A stretch of DNA of 64,000 nt from an uncultured Candidatus Saccharibacteria bacterium (GCA_964365955.1 CAYISA010000002.1:23329-87328), one strand, 5' to 3'; positions 49,805 to 59,944 are shown, counted from the stretch's first letter. Made by a program: numbers and translations. The notes: a model not told the origin generated them from the letters alone.

Positions 49805-50506
49805 ATGGGCAATCTTGTGGATGGGTTGGGACAGCTCTTTATGAACTATCCAGCGTGGCGCCTTGCAATTATCGGTGGAAGCATGCTGATTCAGGGCGAA
49901 CTCGCGGTCTTGGTGCTTATGTATTTCGTCCTCAATCATTTCCTGACGTTCCAGGAATTCGTAATCTCGGCGCTCGGAACCGTATTTGTGGCTGAACTAT
50001 TCGTTTATTTCTTTGGACGCATGATGCGCGGCACACGCTTCGGATGGAAGTTTTACCGCAAAATGAAAGGGAATCGTCGCGTTCAGTTGTATTCTTACTA
50101 TCTCAAAAAAAATATTGGTAAATTATTGGTCATCGCAAAATTTTTGCCCGCCACCAGCGTCCTTTCGTTGCTTCTGACCGGATGGACGCGCGTACGATTC
50201 GGTACATTTTTAAAAGCGTATACCAAAGGTCTTCTGTTTTGGTTCGGAAGCATGACGCTTATCGCGTATTTTTTAATGAGCGGCGTAACATACTTAAAAA
50301 CTTCACAATCCTTCCGAAGCGTGGAGATTGTGATTGGGGGACTGTTCGTGCTGATTTTCATCGCGGAACATTTTATAAAAAAATCCATGAATGCGCGTTT
50401 TAATCTGGAATCCAAGGCGGAAATGATTGGAAAAGCGGTGGAGGAATGGGAACGGAATACTCCGGAAATAAAAAACCCCGCGGACGATGACGTCGTGCAG
50501 GGTTAA
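49805..50506 (+). CDS. DedA/SNARE-associated (VTT domain) family membrane protein
   Basis: Hydrophobic profile and ...FLPATSVLSLLLTGWTRVRF region. Confidence 0.5.
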   Translation: MGNLVDGLGQLFMNYPAWRLAIIGGSMLIQGELAVLVLMYFVLNHFLTFQEFVISALGTVFVAELFVYFFGRMMRGTRFGWKFYRKMKGNRRVQLYSYYLKKNIGKLLVIAKFLPATSVLSLLLTGWTRVRFGTFLKAYTKGLLFWFGSMTLIAYFLMSGVTYLKTSQSFRSVEIVIGGLFVLIFIAEHFIKKSMNARFNLESKAEMIGKAVEEWERNTPEIKNPADDDVVQG

Positions 50507-51312
50507 GAAGAGATCAATTTGGCATACCGAAGCACTACGATGCGATACATTTTCCCGTTATATCGATCAAGCGCCGATCTTTGCCGCGCAAGTTTCTTTG
50601 CCCATCCGTGCGCGCGAAGATAATTCGCCGCGCTCGCGAGCGCATCGCGTTCATTAAAGAGATCGAGATAACCATCATTGCTCCCATCAACCGCAAAAAC
50701 AAACGAGCAGGGGCGAAATTGAGTGCGTCCCCACGCTCCCGCAGAAGATCCCGTAAGAGAAAAAACGTCCACGACGTCTCGGCGCGCGAGCTCTAGAAAA
50801 CAAACCAGCTGATTAAATTCTTCCAACTGTTTTTTTCCGGTGCGCATGAAATATCGAGTATAAAGCGCTTGAAGCACGCTATGAGTTCCAAGATAGCGTC
50901 CGAAATTCGTCTCGGCGCGATACACGGCGGTAATGACCGCCGCATCAACGCCAAACTCTCTCTCGAGTGAGTCAAGGAATTCTCGCTTTTCAGCAAAAAA
51001 TCGCTTTCCTTCTGCAATCGAAGTGTCGGTAAATAAGAACGAGTAGTCGCTTTTTCGCGGTTTCCGATACAGGAGCGTGGAGTCAATCTTGCAACGCGAA
51101 TCCGCAAAAATCTTCTCGACATACATACTATCCGTCGCTTGCGCCAGTTTGTGTTTTAACATTTCGCGCTCTTTCAAATAGATTCGTTTGCTTTTTGAAA
51201 CGCGCATCTGATTATCTTCCGCGCGCGCACGCGGTGGGCAGGAAAGCGCGGACCACGAAAAAATCAGAAGCGCCACGATGTACCACAAAAATCTTCGCAT
51301 GCCATTCTCCAA
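50503..51312 (-). CDS. lytic murein transglycosylase B-like (SLT_2 family)
   Basis: VITAVYRAETNFGRYLGTHSVLQAL matches the ETxFGR active-site region; signal peptide. Confidence 0.7.
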   Translation of the reverse strand: MENGMRRFLWYIVALLIFSWSALSCPPRARAEDNQMRVSKSKRIYLKEREMLKHKLAQATDSMYVEKIFADSRCKIDSTLLYRKPRKSDYSFLFTDTSIAEGKRFFAEKREFLDSLEREFGVDAAVITAVYRAETNFGRYLGTHSVLQALYTRYFMRTGKKQLEEFNQLVCFLELARRDVVDVFSLTGSSAGAWGRTQFRPCSFVFAVDGSNDGYLDLFNERDALASAANYLRAHGWAKKLARQRSALDRYNGKMYRIVVLRYAKLISS

Positions 51313-51395
51313 ATAAGTTGTTTAAGTTCTACTGTTAGAATACTCCGCATTTTCTTTTTTCGCAAAAAAATACCCCGCACGTGGCGGGGGGCGGA

Positions 51396-51809
51396 TTAAA
51401 AAAAATCAATGCCGTGGGAAACTACCTGATAATAATTCCACACAATTACGAATGGATAAATCATGTTTATGCCGAGAAGGGCCTCGGGAGATCGTTTAAA
51501 AAGAAAATAGATAAGCGTGTTCAACACAACGAGCCGTGTAAATACCATACCAGCCATTCCCAATGTTTTGAACAAATAGTAAGGAATGAGCGAACCTTCA
51601 CATTCGAAACCGAATACACTTATCAACCGCGAAGTGCTATGAATATCGAGGACGGAAAATAGGACAAAAGAAAAAAAGAACCAAGGGAACACTTTTTTGC
51701 CCACTAGAACCGGAAATCGCGCTACGAAAAATTCCACAAATGCCACAATGATCATCCACGCCCCAATCAATCCCAACAACACAGGGATAAAACGCAGTAT
51801 CGATTCCAT
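51396..51809 (-). CDS. integral membrane protein (hypothetical)
   Basis: 4 predicted TM helices. Confidence 0.4.
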   Translation of the reverse strand: MESILRFIPVLLGLIGAWMIIVAFVEFFVARFPVLVGKKVFPWFFFSFVLFSVLDIHSTSRLISVFGFECEGSLIPYYLFKTLGMAGMVFTRLVVLNTLIYFLFKRSPEALLGINMIYPFVIVWNYYQVVSHGIDFF

Positions 51810-51929
51810 AACAACTCCTTCTGTATGAAATTGTGAAATAGTTTGCTGATTTTTTTATACTCCCCAAAACCGTTGAAGTCAAATAAAAAGCCCCCCGCAA
51901 CTGCGAAGGGGCCATTTGAAACCGCTTCT

Positions 51930-52571
51930 TTATACTTCGACTTCCGTCGTTGGTCCAACAAGGAGGCAAATTTGCCCATCCTGAACTGTCAAAAATCCAG
52001 ACGGTTCAAGCGGAAGAGCAGTATCTCCGATCTTGTTGCCACCCGCATCTCTCTTCCATCGCAGGACTCTCGTCCCGTTGGACTCGAAAAGCGAAACCCG
52101 CCCCTCAAGATTGATGCTCGCGGCGAATTTCCCCGGGACAACCTGTTTGTCTACGAAGAGCGGGTTGATATACCCGCGAACACGCCAGAGCGCTGCGGCG
52201 CAAATTTCTTCAAATGCGTCTCGCAAGACATCGCGTTCCGCGACGAAATTTTTCGAGCAGGTTGCCCAATTTTCCGGCGCGAACATGAAGCGCGTGATAA
52301 AGTGATACTTTTTGGATTTCGGATCCTGCATTTGCCGACACCACGCGCCAACCATGACGAATCCGATTCCCTCAAGTTGATTTAGAAAATCAGAAACGGA
52401 GATGTTTTCGGTCATCTCAAACACCTCCACTCCCTTGATGGATTCTTTGTTCGTGGGAGGTCGCTCTGGTTCCCATGGAATCGCTTGTGGAACATCTTTC
52501 TTCTTGGCAAATCTAAATTGGATGCAAATGAGTCCCACTTTCGCAGAACTCTTGGTTGATGCGTCGTCCAT
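51930..52571 (-). CDS. hypothetical protein
   Basis: ORF only. Confidence 0.35.
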   Translation of the reverse strand: MDDASTKSSAKVGLICIQFRFAKKKDVPQAIPWEPERPPTNKESIKGVEVFEMTENISVSDFLNQLEGIGFVMVGAWCRQMQDPKSKKYHFITRFMFAPENWATCSKNFVAERDVLRDAFEEICAAALWRVRGYINPLFVDKQVVPGKFAASINLEGRVSLFESNGTRVLRWKRDAGGNKIGDTALPLEPSGFLTVQDGQICLLVGPTTEVEV

Positions 52572-52705
52572 GACGTTTCCCTTCTAAAATGTGAATGGAA
52601 TTGTTAACTTTCTGCTATAAGTATAGCATAGTCGACACTATTCTGTCAATAGCCAAAACGAAATGAAAACCGGGGGGTATTGATTTCCTTCTTTTCGTTC
52701 AGTTG

Positions 52706-52777
52706 TGCCGCGGGGGTGAATCGAACACCCTACGCCAGCCTCTTCAGGGCTGCGCTCTACCAATGAGCTACCGCGGC
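52706..52777 (-). tRNA. tRNA-Phe (GAA)
   Basis: Cloverleaf: acceptor GCCGCGG/CCGCGGC, anticodon loop CTGAAGA, T-loop TTCGATT; CCA not encoded. Confidence 0.85.
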
Positions 52778-52846
52778 GTTTCTTAAAGCGTTTCTTCTAT
52801 TTTTAACGCATTCCCATTATAATCAAGATAGGATCTTCGTCAAAAC

Positions 52847-53551
52847 ATGGAACCAACCACCATCCTTTCGGTATATAATCTATCGGTCACGCTTGGACAT
52901 AAACGCATCATTCATGATGTTTCCTTTTCGGTTCAGCCCCAAGAAGTGGTGGCAATTATCGGCCCAAACGGCGCCGGCAAATCCATACTGGTAAAAACGC
53001 TAATCGGACTGACTGAAGCAACGTCGGGAAAAATCGAATGGCAACCCGGCACAAAAGTGGGATATCTCCCCCAGCGCTTTCATGTGGATCATTATCTCCC
53101 CATGACCATCAAAGAATTTCTGGATCTGAAACCGAAACGCGCATTTTCCATTCATGAAGTGCTGGAGCTCACCAAACTGGATACGTCATGGCTCAAACGT
53201 CCGCTCGCACATCTGTCGAGCGGTCAGTTGCAGCACGTTCTGCTGGCATGGGCGATTTTGGATAAACCGCAACTTCTGATTTTCGACGAACCGACCGAAA
53301 ACGTGGACGTCGTCGGGCAAGAATCTATTTACACGCTTCTCCATAATCTCCAGGATACGCTCGGCATCGCGATGATGATCGTTTCGCACGATCTGCACGT
53401 GGTGTATCGCTACGCGAATACCGTGATCTGTTTGAACGGAAAAATGGTCTGCTACGGAGCGCCCGAAACCGCACTCACCACCGATAAACTTTCGGAGCTC
53501 TACGGCAACCACGCGTTTTTCCATCATCATCATTATAAAAACGAAGAATGA
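52847..53551 (+). CDS. znuC: metal (Zn/Mn-type) ABC transporter ATP-binding protein
   Basis: Walker A GPNGAGKS, signature LSSGQLQ, Walker B LLIFDEP. Confidence 0.85.
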   Translation: MEPTTILSVYNLSVTLGHKRIIHDVSFSVQPQEVVAIIGPNGAGKSILVKTLIGLTEATSGKIEWQPGTKVGYLPQRFHVDHYLPMTIKEFLDLKPKRAFSIHEVLELTKLDTSWLKRPLAHLSSGQLQHVLLAWAILDKPQLLIFDEPTENVDVVGQESIYTLLHNLQDTLGIAMMIVSHDLHVVYRYANTVICLNGKMVCYGAPETALTTDKLSELYGNHAFFHHHHYKNEE

Positions 53552-54321
53552 CAAACACCTTATTTCCTCTCATTTTGGGTTCAGGAATCCTGGTCGCCAC
53601 CGCAAGCGGTCTGGTGGGATCATTTTTGCTGTTGCGAAAAATGACGCTCCTTTCGGACGCGCTTTCCCATATTGCGCTCCCGGGGATCGCGCTCGGAGTA
53701 CTCTTCCATTTTGAGCCACTGCTCGGAGGCGTTCTATTCTTATTCATCGGCGTATTTTTTATCTGGGCGATCGAGCATAAAACAAAGCTCGCGGTAGAAA
53801 CGATTACCGGCGTTTTGTTTGTCACAGCGCTTGCGGCGGGCTCCTTTCTTATTCCGGAAGAAAATCTTTTGGAGACATTTTTTGGAAGCGTGACGCGCAT
53901 CACCGTCCCCGAGCTCATACTACAAGGCGTCGTCGCGCTGCTCATTATCGCGGTCATTATTCGTTTTTTAAAACCACTCGTCCTTTCCTCCATCGCGCCC
54001 GACCTCGCGAGAGCAGAGCGTCTTCCCGCCTCTTTTCTGGAATTTCTCCTTTTGACACTCATTGCCTTTACCATTGCGATCGGCATCAGCTTCGTGGGGA
54101 TTCTTCTGATGAGCGCGCTTGTTATCATCCCGGCTGCGTCCGCACGGAATATCGCAAGAAATTTTCGCCAGTTTATCGGATGGAGTGTCGTCTTTTCTGT
54201 TGCATCGCTCACCATCGGTCTGTATGCGGATGCCATCTGGCATTTCGGACCGGGAACAGCAACAGTTTTCACGGGAGCATTCTTTTTCATACTTACGCTG
54301 TTCGGCAAACGAGATTATTAA
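53548..54321 (+). CDS. znuB: metal ABC transporter permease (ABC-3 family)
   Basis: Polytopic protein; 4-nt overlap with the ATPase gene. Confidence 0.8.
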   Translation: MTNTLFPLILGSGILVATASGLVGSFLLLRKMTLLSDALSHIALPGIALGVLFHFEPLLGGVLFLFIGVFFIWAIEHKTKLAVETITGVLFVTALAAGSFLIPEENLLETFFGSVTRITVPELILQGVVALLIIAVIIRFLKPLVLSSIAPDLARAERLPASFLEFLLLTLIAFTIAIGISFVGILLMSALVIIPAASARNIARNFRQFIGWSVVFSVASLTIGLYADAIWHFGPGTATVFTGAFFFILTLFGKRDY

Positions 54322-54322
54322 C

Positions 54323-55036
54323 ATGACACCCGCGTCATCACCGCTTCTAGCCCGGGCGGGCGTAAACACCATGATGATTTCCGACGTGCACTTGGGTTCT
54401 CATGTGAGTCGGGCAAAAGATTTGCTTGTAGAACTCAAGAAATACGACTACCGCCGACTTATTTTACTCGGTGATGTTTTTGATAATTTGAATTTTAAGC
54501 GTCTTACGAAAGATCACTGGGCACTCCTTTCTTATATCCGCGATCTTTCGGAGCCTGAAAATAATGTCGAGGTAATCTGGGTGCTTGGAAATCACGACAC
54601 CCCGCTTGAAAATTTCTCGCACTTCATTGACGCGAACGCGGTCTCGGAATATCTATGGGAGCACTGCGGCGTAAAACATCTTGCGATTCATGGGCATCAA
54701 TTCGATAGTTTTTTGCGTCGCAATAAATTCATTAGCGGCATCGCCAGTTGGGCATTTCTTACCGTCCAGCGGGTGAGCGGCGTAGATCAACGCCTGGCGC
54801 GTTTTTTGAAACGCTTGAGCAAGGGGTGGCTCCGACTTTCGAAACAAATTGCCCGAAAAGCGATAGAGCGGGCTGAATCCAAGGGCGCAAGCATCGTCTT
54901 TTGCGGGCACACGCATAAATCCATGACCGAAACAGCGGGCGGCATCCGCTACTTCAACACGGGATCCTCAACCGATATCCCCGGATATTACATTACGATT
55001 GGGAACGCCGGAGAAATTACGATACACTCTTATTGA
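54323..55036 (+). CDS. metallophosphoesterase (calcineurin-like)
   Basis: ISDVHLG, GDVFD, GNHD, HGH, GHTH motifs; start at MTPASS. Confidence 0.65.
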   Translation: MTPASSPLLARAGVNTMMISDVHLGSHVSRAKDLLVELKKYDYRRLILLGDVFDNLNFKRLTKDHWALLSYIRDLSEPENNVEVIWVLGNHDTPLENFSHFIDANAVSEYLWEHCGVKHLAIHGHQFDSFLRRNKFISGIASWAFLTVQRVSGVDQRLARFLKRLSKGWLRLSKQIARKAIERAESKGASIVFCGHTHKSMTETAGGIRYFNTGSSTDIPGYYITIGNAGEITIHSY

Positions 55037-55758
55037 TGGAACTGAACCAGGAACTTTCTATCGTAGTTCCGACAAAAGACGAAGAAACGCAGATCGGGCG
55101 TCTGATTGATTCGCTGCGCGGACAAGACTACCCCCGTCTTTCTCAAACCCCCATTTTTATCGCGGACGCTCATTCGACGGATCGAACCTGCGAAGTTGCG
55201 CGCGAACATTCCGAGGACATTCTCCTCTGGTGCATTAAAGGCGGACTTCCCGCAAAAGGACGGAATATCGGGGCGCGCCAAACCAAAAGCACCTACATTC
55301 TTTTCATTGACGCCGACATCACGCTTCCCGATCCACGCACCATTCGGCTGGCACTCGAAATCGCGAAAAAAAGAGGGTATGCATGCATCACTACGATGAT
55401 TCGCGCAAATAACGGTGACTGGATCGATAATCTTTTTTACGGAGCCGGAAATCTTCTATTCTGCATCTCAAAGTATTTTTCTCCTTTTGCATCCGGCATG
55501 TTTATGCTGTTCCGCCGCGACCGGTTTGAAGAAATCGGGGGGTTTGATGAAACCGTCACATGGTCCGAAGATTACGTGTTGACCCGCAACCTTCGGGCCT
55601 CGGAATTCCACGTTCTTCCCATTTATGCGGAAACGCCGAATCGCCGGCTCGAAAAGTTGGGACACTGGAAATTTTTGCGCATGATGATTGGGAGTCTTCT
55701 GCACATATGGGGAATTAACTATTTCCGCCGCGCCGGAAGGAAGTATTTCGATAAATAA
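55033..55758 (+). CDS. glycosyltransferase family 2
   Basis: SIVVPTKDEE...IFIADAHSTDRT, DAD motif. Confidence 0.7.
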   Translation: MMELNQELSIVVPTKDEETQIGRLIDSLRGQDYPRLSQTPIFIADAHSTDRTCEVAREHSEDILLWCIKGGLPAKGRNIGARQTKSTYILFIDADITLPDPRTIRLALEIAKKRGYACITTMIRANNGDWIDNLFYGAGNLLFCISKYFSPFASGMFMLFRRDRFEEIGGFDETVTWSEDYVLTRNLRASEFHVLPIYAETPNRRLEKLGHWKFLRMMIGSLLHIWGINYFRRAGRKYFDK

Positions 55759-55782
55759 AGAACCGCTCATTTGAGAGCGGTT

Positions 55783-55956
55783 TTATGATGACAGTGGCCA
55801 GCGTTTTGTCGTGGTGATTTCGTCTGTGGATTTTTTAAACCCTCGGGCAAGATTTTTGATGCCGCGACCGATCTTAAACAAAAGATCAATTGCAACGACA
55901 ATAATTGACATGAAAAGCGCTACCACGAAAAAAAGGAGCCAACCCAACGGTCCCAT
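55783..55956 (-). CDS. tatA: TatA/E-like twin-arginine translocase subunit (small membrane protein)
   Basis: MGPLGWLLFFVVALF...KIGRGIKNLARGFKK resembles the TatA TM+amphipathic helix. Confidence 0.45.
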   Translation of the reverse strand: MGPLGWLLFFVVALFMSIIVVAIDLLFKIGRGIKNLARGFKKSTDEITTTKRWPLSS

Positions 55957-56070
55957 TCCTTTCGATATTTTCGGCGATACTGCTTCCATCTGTCCCTCTT
56001 GTGGTTAAACAAAAAAACTATCTTTAGAATACTCCGGAGCAAAAAGAAGTCAAGGATGGGTCTATTTTTG

Positions 56071-56142
56071 TGTCCCCGCGAGGAATCGAACCTCGATCTA
56101 CTCCTTAGAAGGGAGTCGTTCTATCCGTTGAACTACGGGGAC
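56071..56142 (-). tRNA. tRNA-Arg (TCT)
   Basis: Cloverleaf: acceptor GTCCCCG/CGGGGAC, anticodon loop CTTCTAA. Confidence 0.85.
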
Positions 56143-56224
56143 GATAATTTGACTTTATTACTATATTAATTTATCGTGGAAAAAGCAATTCAAAACATAA
56201 TTTCCCAAATAAAAAAGGTGGCGT

Positions 56225-56422
56225 ATGTTGTTGAGCAAGAAAGAACGCGAAGAGATCATCCTGGCACAAATAGACAACCTTAAGGATTCTCGATGGGCTG
56301 CGGGTGCACAGATCGAGGCTGCAAAAGCTATCGCATCACTACTGCAAGCGGAAGCATTGGAAAAAATTGGTGAGGAACTCCATTTACTTGTGGGAGCGCT
56401 AAAGACAGGCAGGCAACAATGA
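56225..56422 (+). CDS. small hypothetical protein (65 aa) with SD and terminator
   Basis: AAGGTGG 5 nt upstream of ATG; terminator follows. Confidence 0.4.
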   Translation: MLLSKKEREEIILAQIDNLKDSRWAAGAQIEAAKAIASLLQAEALEKIGEELHLLVGALKTGRQQ

Positions 56423-56479
56423 GAAAAGGGGCAAAGAAGTCTCAACCTGCGTCCTGAAGTGTAATAATAAAAAAGTGTT

Positions 56480-56505
56480 GCCGCACCTTGAGTGCGGCTT
56501 TTTAT
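56480..56505 (+). terminator. rho-independent terminator
   Basis: GCCGCAC-cttgagt-GTGCGGC then TTTTTATTTT. Confidence 0.6.
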
Positions 56506-56526
56506 TTTGGTAAGCTGTGGAAGTAA

Positions 56527-56600
56527 CGGGATGTGGTGTAACGGTAGCACGCATGCTTTGGGAGTATGTAGTCCGGGTTCAAATCCCGGCATCCCGACCA
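56527..56600 (+). tRNA. tRNA-Pro (TGG) with encoded CCA
   Basis: Cloverleaf: acceptor CGGGATG/CATCCCG, anticodon loop TTTGGGA, T-loop TTCAAAT, 3' ACCA. Confidence 0.85.
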
Positions 56601-56698
56601 GTTCAGACGTTTTGAAAATTTGACAAAAGTAAAAAACACGCTACAATAAAAAGTGTAATTTAACAATTTCAACATTTCATTATCGAAAGGATTTTTGA

Positions 56699-57067
56699 AT
56701 GCAGCAGCAAGCGCTTACCGCAGAAAAAAAGGGGGGGTTTCTCATAATCGTCGACAAGGAATGCCGCGAACTTGAAAAATGCATCGAGGAATTGGGAGTA
56801 CGGCTTGAAGAAGTGCGAGATGACAGTCTGATCCCTATCGCACATGCGCCGGGAGAAGACGGGGCAAATATACAAGCAAAGGAAAGTATCGCACTACAAA
56901 GAAAGGCAGTGGTCTTGCGTTACAAAGCTCTACAGAGAGCACGACATGCGCTACGCACAGGAACCTACTACGGTGTTTGCTGTTCTTGCAGGAAATTCGT
57001 GGATTTTGAACACCTCAAGGAAGTACCCGAGGCAACTCACTGTGTGTCTTGCATAACCCCAAGGTAA
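56699..57067 (+). CDS. DksA/TraR family C4-type zinc-finger protein
   Basis: C-terminal CxxC-N17-CxxC (CCSCRKF...HCVSC); coiled N-terminal half. Confidence 0.65.
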   Translation: MQQQALTAEKKGGFLIIVDKECRELEKCIEELGVRLEEVRDDSLIPIAHAPGEDGANIQAKESIALQRKAVVLRYKALQRARHALRTGTYYGVCCSCRKFVDFEHLKEVPEATHCVSCITPR

Positions 57068-57104
57068 TGCCATCCGAACCGCCTCAATATTTATCGGGGC
57101 GTTT

Positions 57105-57713
57105 TTATTGTAGCGCTTGGTCGAACGCCTGCATTTTTACGTTGAATTCTTGATTGATTTCGTTGATGCGTGTTGCCTGCTCGTTTGCTGCCTGAAGCGC
57201 CATATCGGCAACCGCGCGATCCGCAACAGATCCCGTCGCGATGGTTTTCCCTAATTTTTCCAAAAATATATTCAGTTTCTGTGTGTAAAGAATAAACTCA
57301 CTTACCAGCGATAATTCCGTAGAGATTGCATCATACGCCCGTCCCCGCAGTTCGGACGCGCCCATGGAAGAAAGCGACTCCGCAAGACGCTGAAGATGTT
57401 TGGTGAGCTCGAACACCTGTGCGTACGCTTCCTGATTCGACGCATTTGCTTCCCGAATAAACGTGAGCGCACGCTCGGCATCTCCCGCAAACTCGCTGTA
57501 ATTTACGGCGCGAATTTTGTCGCTTGTGTAGTTCGTCAAATCCACGATTCGTGCGCTTACCCCGGCCGCTTCTTTTCGCGCTTCCAAAAATTCAGCCGAA
57601 ACGCCGCCAGAACGCGTGGCGCGCACGATAAAATAGATTCCGAACGCAACTATAACAATTCCAAGAAAAATTCCGATATTCTTTTTTGCTGTTTTCCCGC
57701 CTAAAATACTCAT
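57105..57713 (-). CDS. membrane-anchored hypothetical protein
   Basis: N-terminal TM, then helical soluble domain. Confidence 0.4.
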   Translation of the reverse strand: MSILGGKTAKKNIGIFLGIVIVAFGIYFIVRATRSGGVSAEFLEARKEAAGVSARIVDLTNYTSDKIRAVNYSEFAGDAERALTFIREANASNQEAYAQVFELTKHLQRLAESLSSMGASELRGRAYDAISTELSLVSEFILYTQKLNIFLEKLGKTIATGSVADRAVADMALQAANEQATRINEINQEFNVKMQAFDQALQ

Positions 57714-57835
57714 AAATGATTACGCTCCATCATACCAACACCTTTCTATTTTCTCAATTGTCAGATTGAAAAAGAGTTGCGCGCGCGCATTTTCCCCGTT
57801 ACTATAGTAATCACAGAGGGTTACTCGTTGGGGAG

Positions 57836-57906
57836 GCGGGATTCGTATAGTGGCAGTACGTGACCCTTCCAAGGTTAAGGCGCCGGTTCAATTCCGGCAT
57901 CCCGCA
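57836..57906 (+). tRNA. tRNA-Gly (TCC)
   Basis: Cloverleaf: acceptor GCGGGAT/ATCCCGC, anticodon loop CTTCCAA, T-loop TTCAATT. Confidence 0.8.
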
Positions 57907-57973
57907 CAAAATATGGAAAAAATAGCGTTACACACCGTTACGAAACAAAGTCGCAATTTTATCGTTCTACTTC

Positions 57974-58537
57974 ATGAAGGAAGAGGAGTTGCTCGTTAAA
58001 AAGGCGCAAGAAGGGAATGCGGACGCGTTCGGAAAACTCTACGACACGCATATGCCGCGGATTTTCCGTTTCATTGTCCTCAAGGTAGGAGCCAAACACG
58101 ATGCCGAAGATTTGACACAGCAGGTTTTTATAAACGCGTGGCAACATCTTCCGAATTTCGAGTTCAAGGGATTCCCTTTTTCAAGCTGGCTCTACCGCAT
58201 CGCATCGAACGCCGTGATTGATTATTACCGAACCGCGCGACCAACCTATGACATCGAAAAAGTTCCGGAAGAGCTGGTGGCACGAACCGCGGCGATGGAA
58301 AATGAACTGGATCACTCGTTCGGAATGGAGACGATCAAAATAGCGCTTGCGAAACTTGATCCCGAACACCAAAACGTGCTGATTCTGCGATTTGTCGAAG
58401 ACAGGAGCACAAAAGAGATTGCGGAGCTGATCGAAAAAAGCGAAGGAGCGGTACGCGTGATTCAACACCGGGCGCTCAAAACGTTAAAATCAATTGTCGA
58501 TGGAAAACAATATCGTTCTACAATTAAAGAGGCTTAA
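57974..58537 (+). CDS. ECF-type RNA polymerase sigma factor
   Basis: Region 2 (DLTQQVFINAW) and region 4 HTH. Confidence 0.85.
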   Translation: MKEEELLVKKAQEGNADAFGKLYDTHMPRIFRFIVLKVGAKHDAEDLTQQVFINAWQHLPNFEFKGFPFSSWLYRIASNAVIDYYRTARPTYDIEKVPEELVARTAAMENELDHSFGMETIKIALAKLDPEHQNVLILRFVEDRSTKEIAELIEKSEGAVRVIQHRALKTLKSIVDGKQYRSTIKEA

Positions 58538-58988
58538 GACAATCACGCCAGACCCCGTATGGAACGCGAACGCGCGGCGCGTGGTTTTGGCATCCCGTGA
58601 AATTTTGCGCGCGCCAATCTCGAGTGGAATGCGATACCGCTTTTTGTGGTTTGCGGCTCCCGTTCTGGCACTCGGGGTCATCGCTTTTGTCATGCTCCCC
58701 ACTTCATTTTTGCCGGCGGAAGACGGCGGTCTTGCGGCAAATGGAGCGCTGAACCCGCAGAGTATCGCGCAGGAACTGAAAGGGTTTTCTATCCATGTAC
58801 AGATCAAAGAAATTCGCTACCAGGAAACGGCGGATAACGCGGTCGCAACCGCACTTTCCGAGATCACTGACAGCGCCACGCAACATTTAAGCCCTTCCCT
58901 TTTAAAATCTGAAGAGGCCAACGCGTTGAATCTTACGAATCCGAAAAATCCGTCTATCGATGAAATGTTAGACACCGTTATTTTCTAA
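58494..58988 (+). CDS. putative anti-sigma factor (single TM)
   Basis: Overlaps the 3' end of the sigma gene; central TM FLWFAAPVLALGVIAFVML; operon position. Confidence 0.45.
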   Translation: MSMENNIVLQLKRLKTITPDPVWNANARRVVLASREILRAPISSGMRYRFLWFAAPVLALGVIAFVMLPTSFLPAEDGGLAANGALNPQSIAQELKGFSIHVQIKEIRYQETADNAVATALSEITDSATQHLSPSLLKSEEANALNLTNPKNPSIDEMLDTVIF

Positions 58989-58993
58989 GCCCG

Positions 58994-59938
58994 ATGTTGT
59001 CCCGCACACTATTTTTAACTACTCTGTCGCTCGTTTTTTCACTCTCTCTTACGGGAGTTTTTCCGGCTTTCGTACAGGCGCAGGATAATCCGGTGCAAAA
59101 AGCGACACAGGATATCAAAAACACCTTAGGCGATCTGGTCGCGGCAAAAGACGAAAATGCCGGGAACGAACTCCGCCTTCGCGTGGATACGTTCCGTAAG
59201 GTGCTCGAGCTGTCGCTTGTGGAAGCAAAAGAATTCAAAGCGAATATCGTGGTGATGGACACGGGAAAAATAAAGGAAATAGAGCGCTGGAAGGATAGCG
59301 CCTTGCAGATACTTGATGCCGCACAGAGCTATTTTGGAGATGAACAGGAGTGGCTCGACCTCAATTCAAAAACAATCGACCTTACTGGCATCAAGGTAGC
59401 CGCCACAAAGTTCAAAGAATGGCGAGAAAAGAACTATCTAGAAACCGCGGACCAGGTTCAGGCATTTCTTTTAATCGCGCAAGAAGCCCAAGCGATCAAA
59501 ACCGCCGAAAAACGCCTCCAGAAGGTGGCGGAGGAGATAAAAAAGATATTAAAAACACGAGCGGGAAGCAAAAAAACCAAAGAATTATCGGGATTTTTGG
59601 CAGCTGCGGTGAATTTGATTACGGACGCGAGATCCATAAACGAGGACGCTGGGAACGTTTTCTTCCAAAATTATGTGCTACCGCTTATCGCGACCTCCTC
59701 CACTGCCACCTCAACACTGCCGATTGCCACCAGCACGTCTCCCCTCTCAACCTCCACATTGGAAACCGCTTCTTCTACATCCACTTCGACATCTACAGTG
59801 AGCGGAGACATTCCCCCGCTTCCCCCCTCCCCCGCGCTATCAATCAAAGAAAAAGTGATTGCGTCGCTTACAAAAATCAGAGACGCGTATCAGGTCTTTA
59901 TTGATATGAGCAACTCTGTGAGGGACTTGCTCAAGTAA
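58994..59938 (+). CDS. secreted helical protein with Ser/Thr-rich C-terminal linker (hypothetical)
   Basis: Signal peptide; ATSSTATSTLPIATSTSPLSTSTLETASSTSTSTSTVSG tract. Confidence 0.45.
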   Translation: MLSRTLFLTTLSLVFSLSLTGVFPAFVQAQDNPVQKATQDIKNTLGDLVAAKDENAGNELRLRVDTFRKVLELSLVEAKEFKANIVVMDTGKIKEIERWKDSALQILDAAQSYFGDEQEWLDLNSKTIDLTGIKVAATKFKEWREKNYLETADQVQAFLLIAQEAQAIKTAEKRLQKVAEEIKKILKTRAGSKKTKELSGFLAAAVNLITDARSINEDAGNVFFQNYVLPLIATSSTATSTLPIATSTSPLSTSTLETASSTSTSTSTVSGDIPPLPPSPALSIKEKVIASLTKIRDAYQVFIDMSNSVRDLLK

Positions 59939-59944
59939 CTAACT

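Noticed and set aside
53475-54372. Minus-strand ORFs (277 aa and 134 aa) overlapping the znuB-like permease
   Set aside because: Antisense to a well-supported ABC-3 permease that is translationally coupled to the ATPase gene. Their Ser/Ala/Arg-rich content looks spurious.
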